A program made the translations under genes and the position numbers. A model generated the notes under the pieces. It did not search any database. It had not been told where the DNA came from and worked only from the letters and a program-made list of their open reading frames with translations. A stretch of 62,644 bases of DNA, the filler included, from Sphacelaria rigidula (taxonomy: Eukaryota): the NCBI GenBank assembly GCA_964200075.2. It is 3 parts of 3 records of this genome, joined end to end, with 100 filler letters (N's around TTAATTAATTAA, not from the genome) between each part and the next. Parts side by side here need not be neighbours in the genome. Positions count along the whole stretch, not along the records: positions 20,950 to 41,770 come from CAXNAA020000491.1; positions 41,871 to 62,644 come from CAXNAA020000494.1; 1 more part is not named here. One strand, given 5' to 3'. Positions 37,648 to 49,400 of this stretch are shown here, piece by piece (position 1 is the stretch's first letter; each line of letters begins with the position of its first letter).

Positions 37648-40600
37648 CTTTGATTTGGGGGGAGGGGAGAGAGTTAGTCGACTGTTGTAGATTTGTAGGT
37701 GCGATGAGCTATCGCATTTTCATTTCTTCACCCGAAGCGTGACTGAAAAACAGATCAATTGTCCTAAACGCGTGCAAGACGCAAAGGGATGCAGCACGCG
37801 CTCCTCACAAAGCTTCTCCGCAATAAGCGGTACAGCACAGCATTATTACAAAATGAGTTTACCGGCAGACGTGAACCTCTTTTCTCGCATGACCGGCCCA
37901 ACCAATCGTGAAGCACCGAGCCACGCGAATGTTGAATCGCTGCTAGAGATGGATACCACCGTTCTTTGTTCCATTCGTATATTTTCCCTATTTCAATCCC
38001 TCCATACGTGTACATACATGCCCCCTGGCCCTGGAGTATCTCATGACTGTTATGGGTGGGACCGGGGCCCGATTTTGTGTACTATATTTCGGGAAAATGG
38101 ATCACGAACGCTATATGCGTAAGAACTGGACCGTGATCAGACGAATCATATGAATCAAAAATACACGCGTCACCTAGAAACAACGACCTGGCTCATATGA
38201 AATGTACTAAAAACATTTTACATATCTTCAAGCCTGTGAGTGCTCGGTGTTGAGATGATTTTGTTCCTTCGCATAACTCGCTCCAGATCAGTGGGTACAA
38301 ACTCTTGGTGCACTAGTGTTCAGCTGCTGTACTACTCGGGAAGCGCACGCGCCCGAGCTGCCACCCCACGTTCACCACCATAGCGAAGGTAACAAGACAA
38401 GAACACGAACAGCGGCAGTTGTGGCCGCCACACACCAACGCATCTGCAGTGAAAGGCGTGCCTGACATCGTGCTAGAACGAGAGAGTACGGAAATTATAC
38501 CATGAGCAGCGGCGTCGCGCATCCCTTGGGTTCTCTCTCGGATACGTCTGTCACAAGACGGCCGTGTTTCATCGGTGAACTCGTCCCCTACAAGCCAAGG
38601 GGTAAAAGGGCATTCGCTCATAAGTGAGGTTGTCCTTTGAACGCATCCCCACACAACAGAGCAGCACATGGCGGACCGCCACCAAAGCAAATGTCGTGAC
38701 ATTGGTGCCAAAAAATAGCATCTGGTCGAAGATGCAAGTTGGTGTAAATCGCATGGTTTACATATTATTTTCAGTATGTACAGACAGTAAGTTGAAATAT
38801 GGTGGCTCTGCTGACCTGTTCATATATAGTCAGTGTGTAGTCTGAAATAAAAATCGCTCTTGGTGCCCTGGTTTCTCCGCTGGAACCCTCAGATCCAACA
38901 GCCGAAGTTCATGTGTTACGTCACCCTCTGCGACTCAATACATGACAAGTACTCGCTGTTGAAAGGCTAATTTTCTCATTGTGCACAGCCGTACAGAACG
39001 AAGCAGCACCTGGTGGCACGCCACAAAGTGAAACACCGTCACACACTGCTCGCTGCGAGAAAAAAATATGCAGCCCAAAACGAACCTGTCGACCGTCGCA
39101 TAGTTTGCATCTAACTCTTATAGTAGTATATATAAACAGACAATTACGAAGTACATGATCACAACAGTCGCTAGCAGGTGTAAGGCAGTGCAAGTACTAC
39201 AATGGCTCCAGACATCTCGGCTTCTGCACTGGAGCTGTGACACGAAGCAGCCGCGAGCTTTGTTTTTCTTCTGTGAACTCCCCCTCTGAAATTCGACACT
39301 TGAAGGGATACTCGCTGTTGAAAAGCGAAATTGCCTGTTGTGCACAGCCGCACAGAACTAAGCAGCAGCGCCTGCCGACACGCAGCCAAACTGCATGTCG
39401 TGACAACTTGCGGCGAGAAAAAACAACATGCGCACCGATTTTTTTTAATTTGCGATGTTGGACCTCTATTATAATAGCGCTAGACACTAATCCTCAACCC
39501 AAAAGTGCCGATCACGCAACGCGTAGAACTCGGTGACGAAGCAGAGGATTGGACTGCCGTTTCTTGCGTGCGCTTCCCACACGCCCAAGCTAGGTCATCC
39601 AAATTCACTTTTTCGTTCGAGCGTGATACTGAGCCGCAAAAAACCCAAACGTACAAAAAGGAGGTGTTTTGCGCTCTAGGAGGGGGTTTTCTCGCTGCTG
39701 GCGCGACGCCAGGAAAATGTGAAATGGACTCTCCTAGATCTTGTGTGTATGCGGGGGGGTATGAAGTGCCGTAGGCTAGCTTGCTTCCTGTGTCGAGAAC
39801 CGCGCGATCTCCCGTGCTAGAGCTGTCCCATAGTAAATCAAGTTTATAAGTGATGAAGCGTGCGTTCTGCTCGAGAGGGTCTCGGCACAGGTGCGACCAC
39901 CTACTGACGTGTTCATTATTCCTCCGCACTTATGATTTTTTTTAGTTTGCCGCTGATTTTTGGTCGTTAGGCCCTCCAATCCCACCCACAACTGTGGTAT
40001 GAAAGTCGGGGGGTTGTCCACCACAGCGCCTTTCCTCTCCGCCCCATGCCTCCTCAACTGATACAGTAGAACCCGCAGTACTGTTTTCGGCATGAACAAT
40101 ATGTCCAGCCTATTTAGAGAAAGCTGAGCACAGCGATGCATGCTCCTCTTTTTTCGGATAAATGTCGTTCTCCAGAAAAAAAGTAACCCGTCAGACAGCG
40201 AGATATTCTAACCGCCCTCGGCATGACACGCTGCACCGCGACTTGTACGCGCTTGAAACTTGCGTTCGTTCGCAAGCTCCACTTTGGAATCATTGCTACT
40301 TACAAGCACGCAAACGATCGATTGACGGGTGGGCTAATTGATTGACTTGTCGCACACTGACTGACCCGCGACGGATCTAGCCGTGGTCATTTCCACAAAA
40401 TACATAGACGTACCATGTACCATGCACGTTCACGTCATATATAGTCATGCTCCAAGAGTGTACTCCTCCGTGGAGGGGTAACTACCAAAACGGCCGATAA
40501 ATCTGGATGAAATCATGATATAATTTCTGGACGTTTCGATCCGATGAGATGCCCGCAATTACCCTCAACCATGTGAATAAATCGCCCTGCTTTCGGGCTC

Positions 40601-41520
40601 TCCGCTGAACATACGTCGATTTCTCAAAAACCGTCAAGCTAACCCGATAACCCCGAAATTAACTTTAAGGCATACCGATAGCCCTTGGACAAGAACGAGG
40701 GGCATAAGTGACCTCGGCAAGGTGTGCGCTGGCAGAGGGGCAAACCGCATGCTGCGCGGGCAGTAAAAAAACTGATCGGCGTTTTCATCGCCCAATGAAA
40801 TCATTGATTCTATACAGTCTGAGCATGATTCGACACGATTGGCTTCGTGATGGCATCATTACCGAGTCTGTGCTGTGCCGATCACGCGTAGGAATTTTGT
40901 GTCTGGATAACTCTGCTGCCCTCCCCGTACTGCTGTTTTACTCGCCCATTTAAGCATGCCATAGCTGCGGTGTATTATGGTTTCCCCTCAACCCCACCCC
41001 ACCTGACTACGGCATGTAAAATCATGAGTACACCCCACCCCCCCCCCCCCCCCCGCTGGACTGATATGTGCAACGACTTCCAGCTACAACGCCTTCCGGC
41101 TAGCGTATGTACGACATTGTTTTAGTCAATTACCCTTGATTCAAGTGACAGTCTAGGGGATGGAGGGGAAGGTACTCATTCATTGCTTGCCTTCGTCATT
41201 CGACCCAAGAACAGATATATTTAATATGTTCACACCAGGGGGGAGGGGGAGATGATGACAAAGGCATGGTGCTTGACTGTGTGGTTTGTGCGAGAAGCCG
41301 GTGAGCATGGTTATTCATACATACAATTGTCTTCCTCCAGACCTTTTGAAGGAAGTATAATCAAAAATAAAATATGAGTCTAGTAACAATGTTTTTGGTC
41401 AAGTAATGTAGGAGAAAAAGAACCGGGCCACACGAGCAATCCAACCCCACCGTCCCTATTGCCACCCCCCATCCCCCCTCCCCCGATCGAACTAAAATGA
41501 CGATGGCAAGATGCCCTCAC

Positions 41521-41700
41521 GTGATCTCCACGACAAGCAGCCTGAACAGCCTCTTCGACAACGCCAACCGCCGCATCCCTGTCCCCCATGCGCACGTACA
41601 GCCTGGCCAGAGCCGAAGCCATGGCGGGTGTCCCCTTAACTCTGTCCACGCCGAGAAGGGTTTGTGCCGCGACTGCCAGATCACCTTGAGATGCATGCAA
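41521..41700 (-). CDS. SRP72: Signal recognition particle 72-kDa subunit-like exon (TPR region)
   Basis: ctacag|TTG ... CAC|gtgagg; LHASQGDLAVAAQTLLGVDRVKGTPAMASALARLYVRMGDRDAAVGVVEEAV resembles SRP72 QLKISQGN..A..IL..I...KHKPGMVSALVTMY....DIDSAIEVFTQAI (recalled). Confidence 0.65.
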
Positions 41701-41770
41701 CTGTAGCGCCCAAGGCAAAGATATTGGAGTGGGGAGGGGAGGGGGGGGGGGGGGGGGGGGACTTATGAGC

Positions 41771-41870
41771 NNNNNNNNNNNNNNNNNNNNNNNNNNNNNN
41801 NNNNNNNNNNNNNNTTAATTAATTAANNNNNNNNNNNNNNNNNNNNNNNNNNNNNNNNNNNNNNNNNNNN
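41771..41870. other. Assembly gap/linker N44-TTAATTAATTAA-N44
   Basis: identical format to 20850-20949. Confidence 0.97.
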
Positions 41871-43165
41871 CGCAACGAGGTGGTTTCTAGCGTGAAGGAC
41901 TCTTGATTTGAAAAAGTGCAAGGGTTTGGCCCGCGGAATGACAAGGGATCACCACCACCACCACCACCGCCATTCTTTTATTTTTCACACGGATACCTCT
42001 CAGGTGCCCCCGAGATAACTATTTTTTCAAGTGAAAGTGATCGCGATTCATGAGAGGACCTGACCTGGCGGTCAACGGGTCTCATCATCTGATGAATCGG
42101 CATCACTTTCACTTGAAAAAATAGAAAAAAACAAACCAGGGTACCGGGAGCCGAGTTTGAGGTACCTCTATTATGGTACAACCCAAAGTGCCATGGAACA
42201 ATTGGAACGGTCCCCGTTAGCGCCGTTCGAATAAACTGATCGCTGTCAATTGGATCTTCAACTTTCAATCTCACGAAAACATTGTTCACTATGGTAGGGA
42301 AATTGCCGTCTGTCTGTTGCATTTACTATCCCAAGAGCGTCACACCGCCCGAGCCAATTCTCACGTAACCACGGAAAATTGGACTTGTCGAATTTAGGCC
42401 GTATGAGGCTGTTGTGAACCCGTAATCAAGGGCGGAAAAACAAAGGTTGGTCGTGGATACTTGTGTCCACTCATCGGGCATTTCAGGATGCAGCAGCAGC
42501 ATCTTGTTTGAAATTAGCGCTACTTTCGAGATTTTTTGTTGAGAGTCGTTCCGAGATTTTACCTTGAAAACACAATCCGAAAAGCGAATCTCGACTGCGC
42601 CAACGCTGCTCATTTCGATCCGCTCGCCCTACCGCACCATGCATTCGGCGCCAGAACCTCGGAAGGTGGTGTGGAGCTTCGGTCTCCACCAATCGTTGTG
42701 GGCGCCTCGAAATGTATACATTGCTACATAATTTGTCCAAATACATGACGACAGATTATACTTCGCCTCTAATGTTGTGCTGATCGTTGTTTCGAAAAAA
42801 AACTTCTTTCACCCCCATCATTAACACATCAATTTTTGTCATCATGAGGGGCTGCATTCGAACCCAGTGCCTCATTACGTACGTCCTCCTTCGCCTTTCC
42901 GGCGGTACTTGCATTCGTATACTCAGCACACCTCACAACCTCTAGCCTCCCTTTGGATCACCTGTCATCAACACAGTTCAGATCGTAAACCCTGCAGTAG
43001 CGAGCACCAGAATAAGGTGCAGGACATGCGGTAATAGGAAGCCCGAACATCGGTTCCCCTGTTTTCACAACGTTACACAACGCAGGAAACGCGGGGAATG
43101 TATGGCTCCGCCTGAGCACCGCACAACAAGCAGATGGATACGGCTGTCTGCAATGGGTTCCGCAG

Positions 43166-43493
43166 TCAAGCAAATCCGTACACGTTGTTACCAGGGTTTA
43201 CGGCAGGAATTGTCAAGCTCGACTCGTCACGTACGGAAGCTCCTATCACACTCTCGTCGAGATCCAACACGCCGCAGCTATCCGTTGACCGCTGGCGTCT
43301 GGTGGGCCCTTCAACGAGGGCAATCTCCTGCTCTTTCTGCGCTCGCCAATCTCCGAATATCGCCAGCGCTCCCTCGAATATGACAGTTGCAAGCAAAAGT
43401 ACGTTTGCCAATATCAGCACTGCGGAGAAGGCTTCTTGACTGTCGCTGTTTTCGTCGGACACATCCACTTCGAGTAAAAGGGCCAGGTACATA
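43166..43493 (-). CDS. Pmp-like gene terminal exon (MYLALLL...stop)
   Basis: cttcag|T ATG ... TGA. Confidence 0.85.
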
Positions 43494-46400
43494 CTGAAGG
43501 ATAACGGATGCCGGGGTCGACGGTTGTGGGTCGGGTACGAGGAGCGGTGATCAAAACCATCGGAGCTGAGGGTGAGGAAGTTGAACGCTGAATGAATTGG
43601 CCCAACAACGATCAGTGCCTCAATTAGAACAACGTGGCGCGTCCGCCTTTTCTCCTACTTCATTGCTCCCTTCGACAACGCAAGTTACATCGTGTCGTCA
43701 AGCGACAGGCTTTCGACTGAATATGCCACCTCAGCAGTCATCTGTCGCTTATCGCATGTGGGAGAAGCGAGTGTGGAGCATGGGGGTGGAATAGAACGCC
43801 GTTCGAGCTCTTGCCGTAGGATGGATTTTCCTGTCTACAGCAACGCATACTGCCTGTTCTTGTAATGAGATGTATCAACCCAACCCTGGTTAAACTCCGA
43901 ACCTCAACCTGAGGTACAGTTTGTAGTGTTTTACCTCGCGAAAATGACGCACGAACCGCTGCGGTACAGCCAAATGTCTATCTGTTCCTTGAACGGCGCC
44001 AGGGTCTCCGACACGATTGTGAACACGAAAGCGAGAAGCAGAGTGACCGCAACCTGCGTGCATGGCGATTGATGAATGCCCTGAACACTGTTCGTTTAAA
44101 GTTTGAGTTGGTGCGTGTAGATGCAGTGCTGCAGGACAAATGAATGCAGGAAGTCCGATCTGAAACGCAGCAACTCACACTTCATATGCAGCGTCGCAAA
44201 CCTCGTGGCGAGGGGTTACTTTCTTATGTACCCGTGTCCATTACCTTTGCGAATGAATGCTCACCTGAGCGGCGCTGCCGGGGTATATGAACACCGACAA
44301 ACTCGTGAGGCATATTCGGCGGGTATACTCAACCAGCTCATACCAATAGGCAGAGGGCTTGTACGGCTCCCAAAGGTTTCTGGAAGGCTGAAGATGCGGC
44401 ATGGTGCGACCAGATTCATCCTTCAGGTGTTCGTGATCGCGGATGAGCCACCAAGCGAACATGGCCGGGATGCCCACGGGGTATATCAGGATCATTATCG
44501 CGGCGTATAGTCGGAAGGCGGTGTGCCTGTGCGATCCGCATGTTACACTGTAATCTGCTCGGAGGTAGGAAACTCCATCGTCCAAGCTTCCGTCGCATGA
44601 AAACGTCGAAAATACTGTGTGGGACACCGAGGAATACACGAAAAATAGCAAAAATATCGCGAGCGAGACATGTCGATTCCAAACCATGACCATGGCCCCG
44701 TTGGAAGCGTGGTTTCGGTTCCTGGCAACGGCGTACGTTCCGACCAGCATTCCAAGCAGCAGAATAGGACCGATGGTGGCGAAGATGAGGGTGTCGAAGA
44801 AGTCGACCTCCATGATGCACGAAAACGACAGGATAGCGCCGATGTTCAAGTTGATGAGATCCAAGACGGCGAGGAACTCCCCGTACGCGGCAGAATACTC
44901 CACCCCTGAAATTTCCGCGGACTGTGTAGCGGGTGGGTACAAATGAAGCGGCAGTGACGACACGAACGACCCCAGAGGTAAATAGTGTGAGAGTCAACAG
45001 TGCACTACGTAAGTCGAAGAGGGCACGATATCCAGCTCCGTGCTTGGCTGGTACCCCCTTGTCTGCCATCGCTGGGTATAGGGAAGGAATCTACTTTTCC
45101 CTTACCTGAGTAATTATCTGCCATACCACAAGCACAATTTTGATTGCTGTGACAGGAAGGGATGACGAGATCTGGTCGGAGATCTTCGAGACGATCCCCT
45201 GACATCGCCCACTCCGTCCATCGGAATCATCGCAATCAACTACCTTGGTGAGGTCTTTTACCAATAACGCCAGGAGTATCGTCAGAAACACCACGGCCAC
45301 CACCCAGCCTGCCGCGGTGCGCTTCTGTCCTGCGCAGCTGTGACAACTGTACCGAAAACCTTGCACAAAGTCGTCTTCACAGGCCGCACAATCTGGCAAT
45401 ACAAGTTCATGAGCGGTGAGGGTTGTGGTTAGAATAGAGGTGTAATGCGTGAGAGGACCGCGTGCTTAGAGGACCGCATCGGAATTTGAACATCCCTATG
45501 GTTAGGGTTAGGGTTAGGGTTAGGGTTAGTGTTGGGGTTGAGGTCAGGGGCGTGGTACCTCCAGGGACTGACCCGATTGGTTTTGAAAAACGTCGGTCCT
45601 GAGGTGTTTTGAACTACGGCGCGGTCCTCTAAGCACGCGGTCCTCTCACGCATTATAGAGGGATATGTACAGTCACAAGTGGGCATCAAACACGGCATAC
45701 GGCGGAGGGACACGCACAAGACAGAGGTGAAATCTGCGATATGCTGGGCCCACATACGATATTGTCTGGACAGTCCTCAGGGTGAGATGGGGGTAACGGA
45801 GCCCGCTCTCCGAAGCGGCTCGGACATCAACTCGATTTAAACAAGGACATATTTCTGCGCTCTGGCATCCCTCGAGGATGCCGATAAACCGGCTGGAGCG
45901 GCCGTATTGATATAGTCGAGCAGAACAAAATATTTACAAAAACCGACGAAATATCCCAACACGCTCATCCTTTTGAAATGTTGCAAATAATGCAGACGGT
46001 ACAGTCTACATGCATTGTGCTTGAATCGAATCGTTGCAACTACACAGAAAATAGCGGCGCAACCTGTTGCGGTTCGATGAAACTTCGAACAGTACAGTAC
46101 AGTTACATTGTATCTTTATAATGAGAAGTACCTCTTTTGTGTGGATGGGACCTCGAGTAAGACACTTCTAAGAGTAGGGGTATTGCCATGATTTGTCGAT
46201 ACTCTAGCGAGTATCTAGACCACGTAAGTTGTAGCACATCTTGGTTGGATGTTGCATTTGATCTAAGCTGACGAGGCTACCGCGTCAGTAGCAGAGAGGT
46301 TGAATCGAATGATACGGTTGGAATCTACGTACGTGTAGAGTGTTTCGATTATCCTTCCAGGATTGAGTACGCTTGCAATTGGTGATTATCATCGCTCTTG

Positions 46401-49400
46401 CAATCACTCTCCTTCACTACCACCAGCTCTCTGCTTTAAGAAGAGGCTATGCGTTGTGTTTTTTCTTGACCAGATGAAGAGCCCATCAACCATTTTGACT
46501 CTCTGATTTTATTCTGCTGCAGAAGCAAGTGGTCTGACAACCACCGTGCACTCTCTGCCATACCACTGTCCTCGGGACGGTAGTCGTGTCTTCAGGACAC
46601 TGGTCGGTCTGTTTCGAGAACAGTACCAACAAGCCATGAGCCACATATATTTCCAACATGAACTTCGAATCGCTTCCGAGCCCTTCCCTATCCTCCGTAA
46701 TCACAGTAAACGCGACGTGTGACGGTTCAATACATCGGTAAAGTCCAGAATATCCAGCTACACTTTACCGTGGGGCTGTCAAGTCCTTAAAGATCGACAG
46801 GATCCTGGCGCGCCCTTGTGTTCTACTCGGACAGATAAACCAAACGCTGCAAAAACTTGGTGGATGAGAATCCATCAAACTGTGACTAAAAGCAGGGCGT
46901 GATTTGTTATCCTAATTACCGCTCGATCGCAGTGTGTCGTACCGATTGCACCGTATGTCTCGCACGCACCGCAGAATATAGAGCAACGGCTCACCCTAGA
47001 GAATAGGTGCTCTAAATACGTAAAACCTCTTTCAGCTCAAATCAACTTCCCAAAACGTTTATAGGTGTTCTGCCAATTGTCAACAGCCTCCGCGAGCACT
47101 ATATTCAAATATCCGGCAGTTCGTTGATATTCCGCAGATATCACGCACCACTGTTTCAAGAAAGAGCATACATGACATTCTCCAAGGCTGTTTCTGATGT
47201 GCAAACATGTGAAGATAAATATATGCACTGCATTTGCACGACAGCAAAGAAGGAAATGCGAACACTATGATTCGGCAGATAGTTCGTGCTTTCGGTGCCT
47301 GTGCACACGCCAGATTCAGCATGAGCGTTTACATCAGGCAAATAGCTGGCGTTAAAAACGGTAGTGCGGGCCGTTTCAGGGACGCAAAGTAATCCAGTTC
47401 TATTTTCAGCGGCGGAGCAGAACAAAATCAATTCGAGACGTTGACATACATCTTCCAGTGTACAGCAGCTTTTCTCAAACGTATGCAGGAATTCCGCAGT
47501 TCAGAGTATCTCCCTCGAACTTATGCAAGTGCTCTGCCAGGTTAGGAAATCTTTCTCAAAGGTTGGAGAGACGCTCACCATGTAGAATGTCGCATGTTCT
47601 AGATTGTAAAACGTGGGTTATCGATAGATCAAAACCTGAAACCGCCACAACGTTTTCTATTGCACGTGTGGAATATCTCACATGGGCCCGTGTATCCAAC
47701 GGCACAGTATAAGCTGGACTCTGCCCCACCCATGCAAGCCGCGTGTCGGTGACATTTGACGACGTCGTGGCTATCTCCTGCTGTCCGGTAATAACCAGGC
47801 AGCAATTTCAGTGTCCCAAGCGTTGCCCCGTCGTCAGAAGTGTTGGTGCCTTCCGGGGAAACTTCACAGACGGGGATAGCTGTTGGATTATCGACGACAA
47901 CATCGTCGCCCGTGGTTTCACACTGTTCGTCACTTGAGCATCTCGCGCACACGTACTGGAAACGGCATGCCTCCACACCCTGGTCAGTTGCACGAACAGG
48001 GTGGGGGAGACATTGAGGTTCCAAAATAATCGATTTGATTGTACAGCCACAGATTTTGACCAAGACTTCACGTTTTCAAACCGTTGCTGATCACCCCGGT
48101 GCCTCAGTTGGTAACCTCGAGGCGTTCTGACGTTCGGGTCGTGGGTTCGAATCTCGGTGCGGTCTCGCGATCTGGGATTTCTTCTCACACCATGCCCGAC
48201 AATGGAGAGCGACCATGTCGTGAGTACACGACATTCGAGTTCACGGTCGACGAGGGAAAGGGACCGCTGCCCCTCTCGCGATGAAAAGATAAAAGCATCG
48301 CAGAAGGAGGGTGGAGAACAAAATAAAAAATGCTGGGTTGGCCTCCCTCCTGTGTAACCGCGGCTCATGCGCCCAAACAACCCCGAAAGGTGCAGGCTGG
48401 CGTCCAGAGTAGATGGCATGGGTTGACAACACTAGTCGGAAAGCCTGGAGTACCACACAATACGTGCGAGAAGACGGGATCAACATCTTCTCGGGCAACG
48501 CATGTTTTACTTCGATCACCTCGATGACGTCGTCGTACCCGTATGTTCCGGCGGAGCAGTACAACGAGTTGTCCGTAAAAGTCACGTGTCCCATGTCAAA
48601 AAGCGGTCCGATACTCATGACGGCACAGCCTTCTTCTCCAGCCACGTTAGCCTCAAACACGGTGCCGTTGGTAGCCAATAACACGCCAGTGTGTTCTATC
48701 GCCCCCCCCGATATGGCTGTGGTACGATACATCGCGCAAAGCAGCAGTGGATCACTGTAAGCAAAAATGCAGAAACATCCCAGTTTGCGAGGAATGAGAG
48801 CGAGCTGTTGATGAGCAGACAACTGAGTTATCTTGCGATAGGGAGGAGAAGGTTTGATTGCACGGAGCAAGGGGGCTCACGAGTGCGTCACATCAAACCA
48901 TGTACTCGCTCTGCGTCTTGATGGGGCTGAAAGCGTGGTGGGGCAACGTTAACCCGTTTGGGACCCAACCCCCATCCATCAGGGGTGAGTGCCCATTGTG
49001 AATCGGCATCATTTTGACATGAAAAACGAGTAAAATTAATGCCGATTCACAAATAGACCACCGCTCGCAGTCAAGGGGTCACACCCCCGCTTAGTGGGGG
49101 TCCGGTCCCAGAGAGGTTCACGAGTGCGCTGTGATGACACGATGACTATCAAACTGTTTTTTTTTTACCGACACTACGAAGTGATCCCTTCGTGCAACAA
49201 ACGATTCGAAATGCCCCGTCCCCAGAAGAAGGATTACTCAACACGATGGATGCTGCTCACGATTGCGCTGCCAAAAAAGAGAGATCGTTCCCGGCATCTT
49301 ACCTGCATGGTTGCTTGTGAAGTGCGAGTCAAGTACCTCGTCATACCCGGAAGAGCTGAAGAACCCGCCCCCATTGCTGGCGGAGTTGTTGGTAAACGTG

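Noticed and set aside
41978-42746. In-frame ORF pair / Penelope RT-like 'PRFWRR' fragment
   Set aside because: No YxDD or other conserved motif, interrupted by two stops; resemblance too weak
48092-48165. tRNA gene
   Set aside because: A/B boxes are present but the acceptor and anticodon stems do not pair properly; better explained as a SINE head
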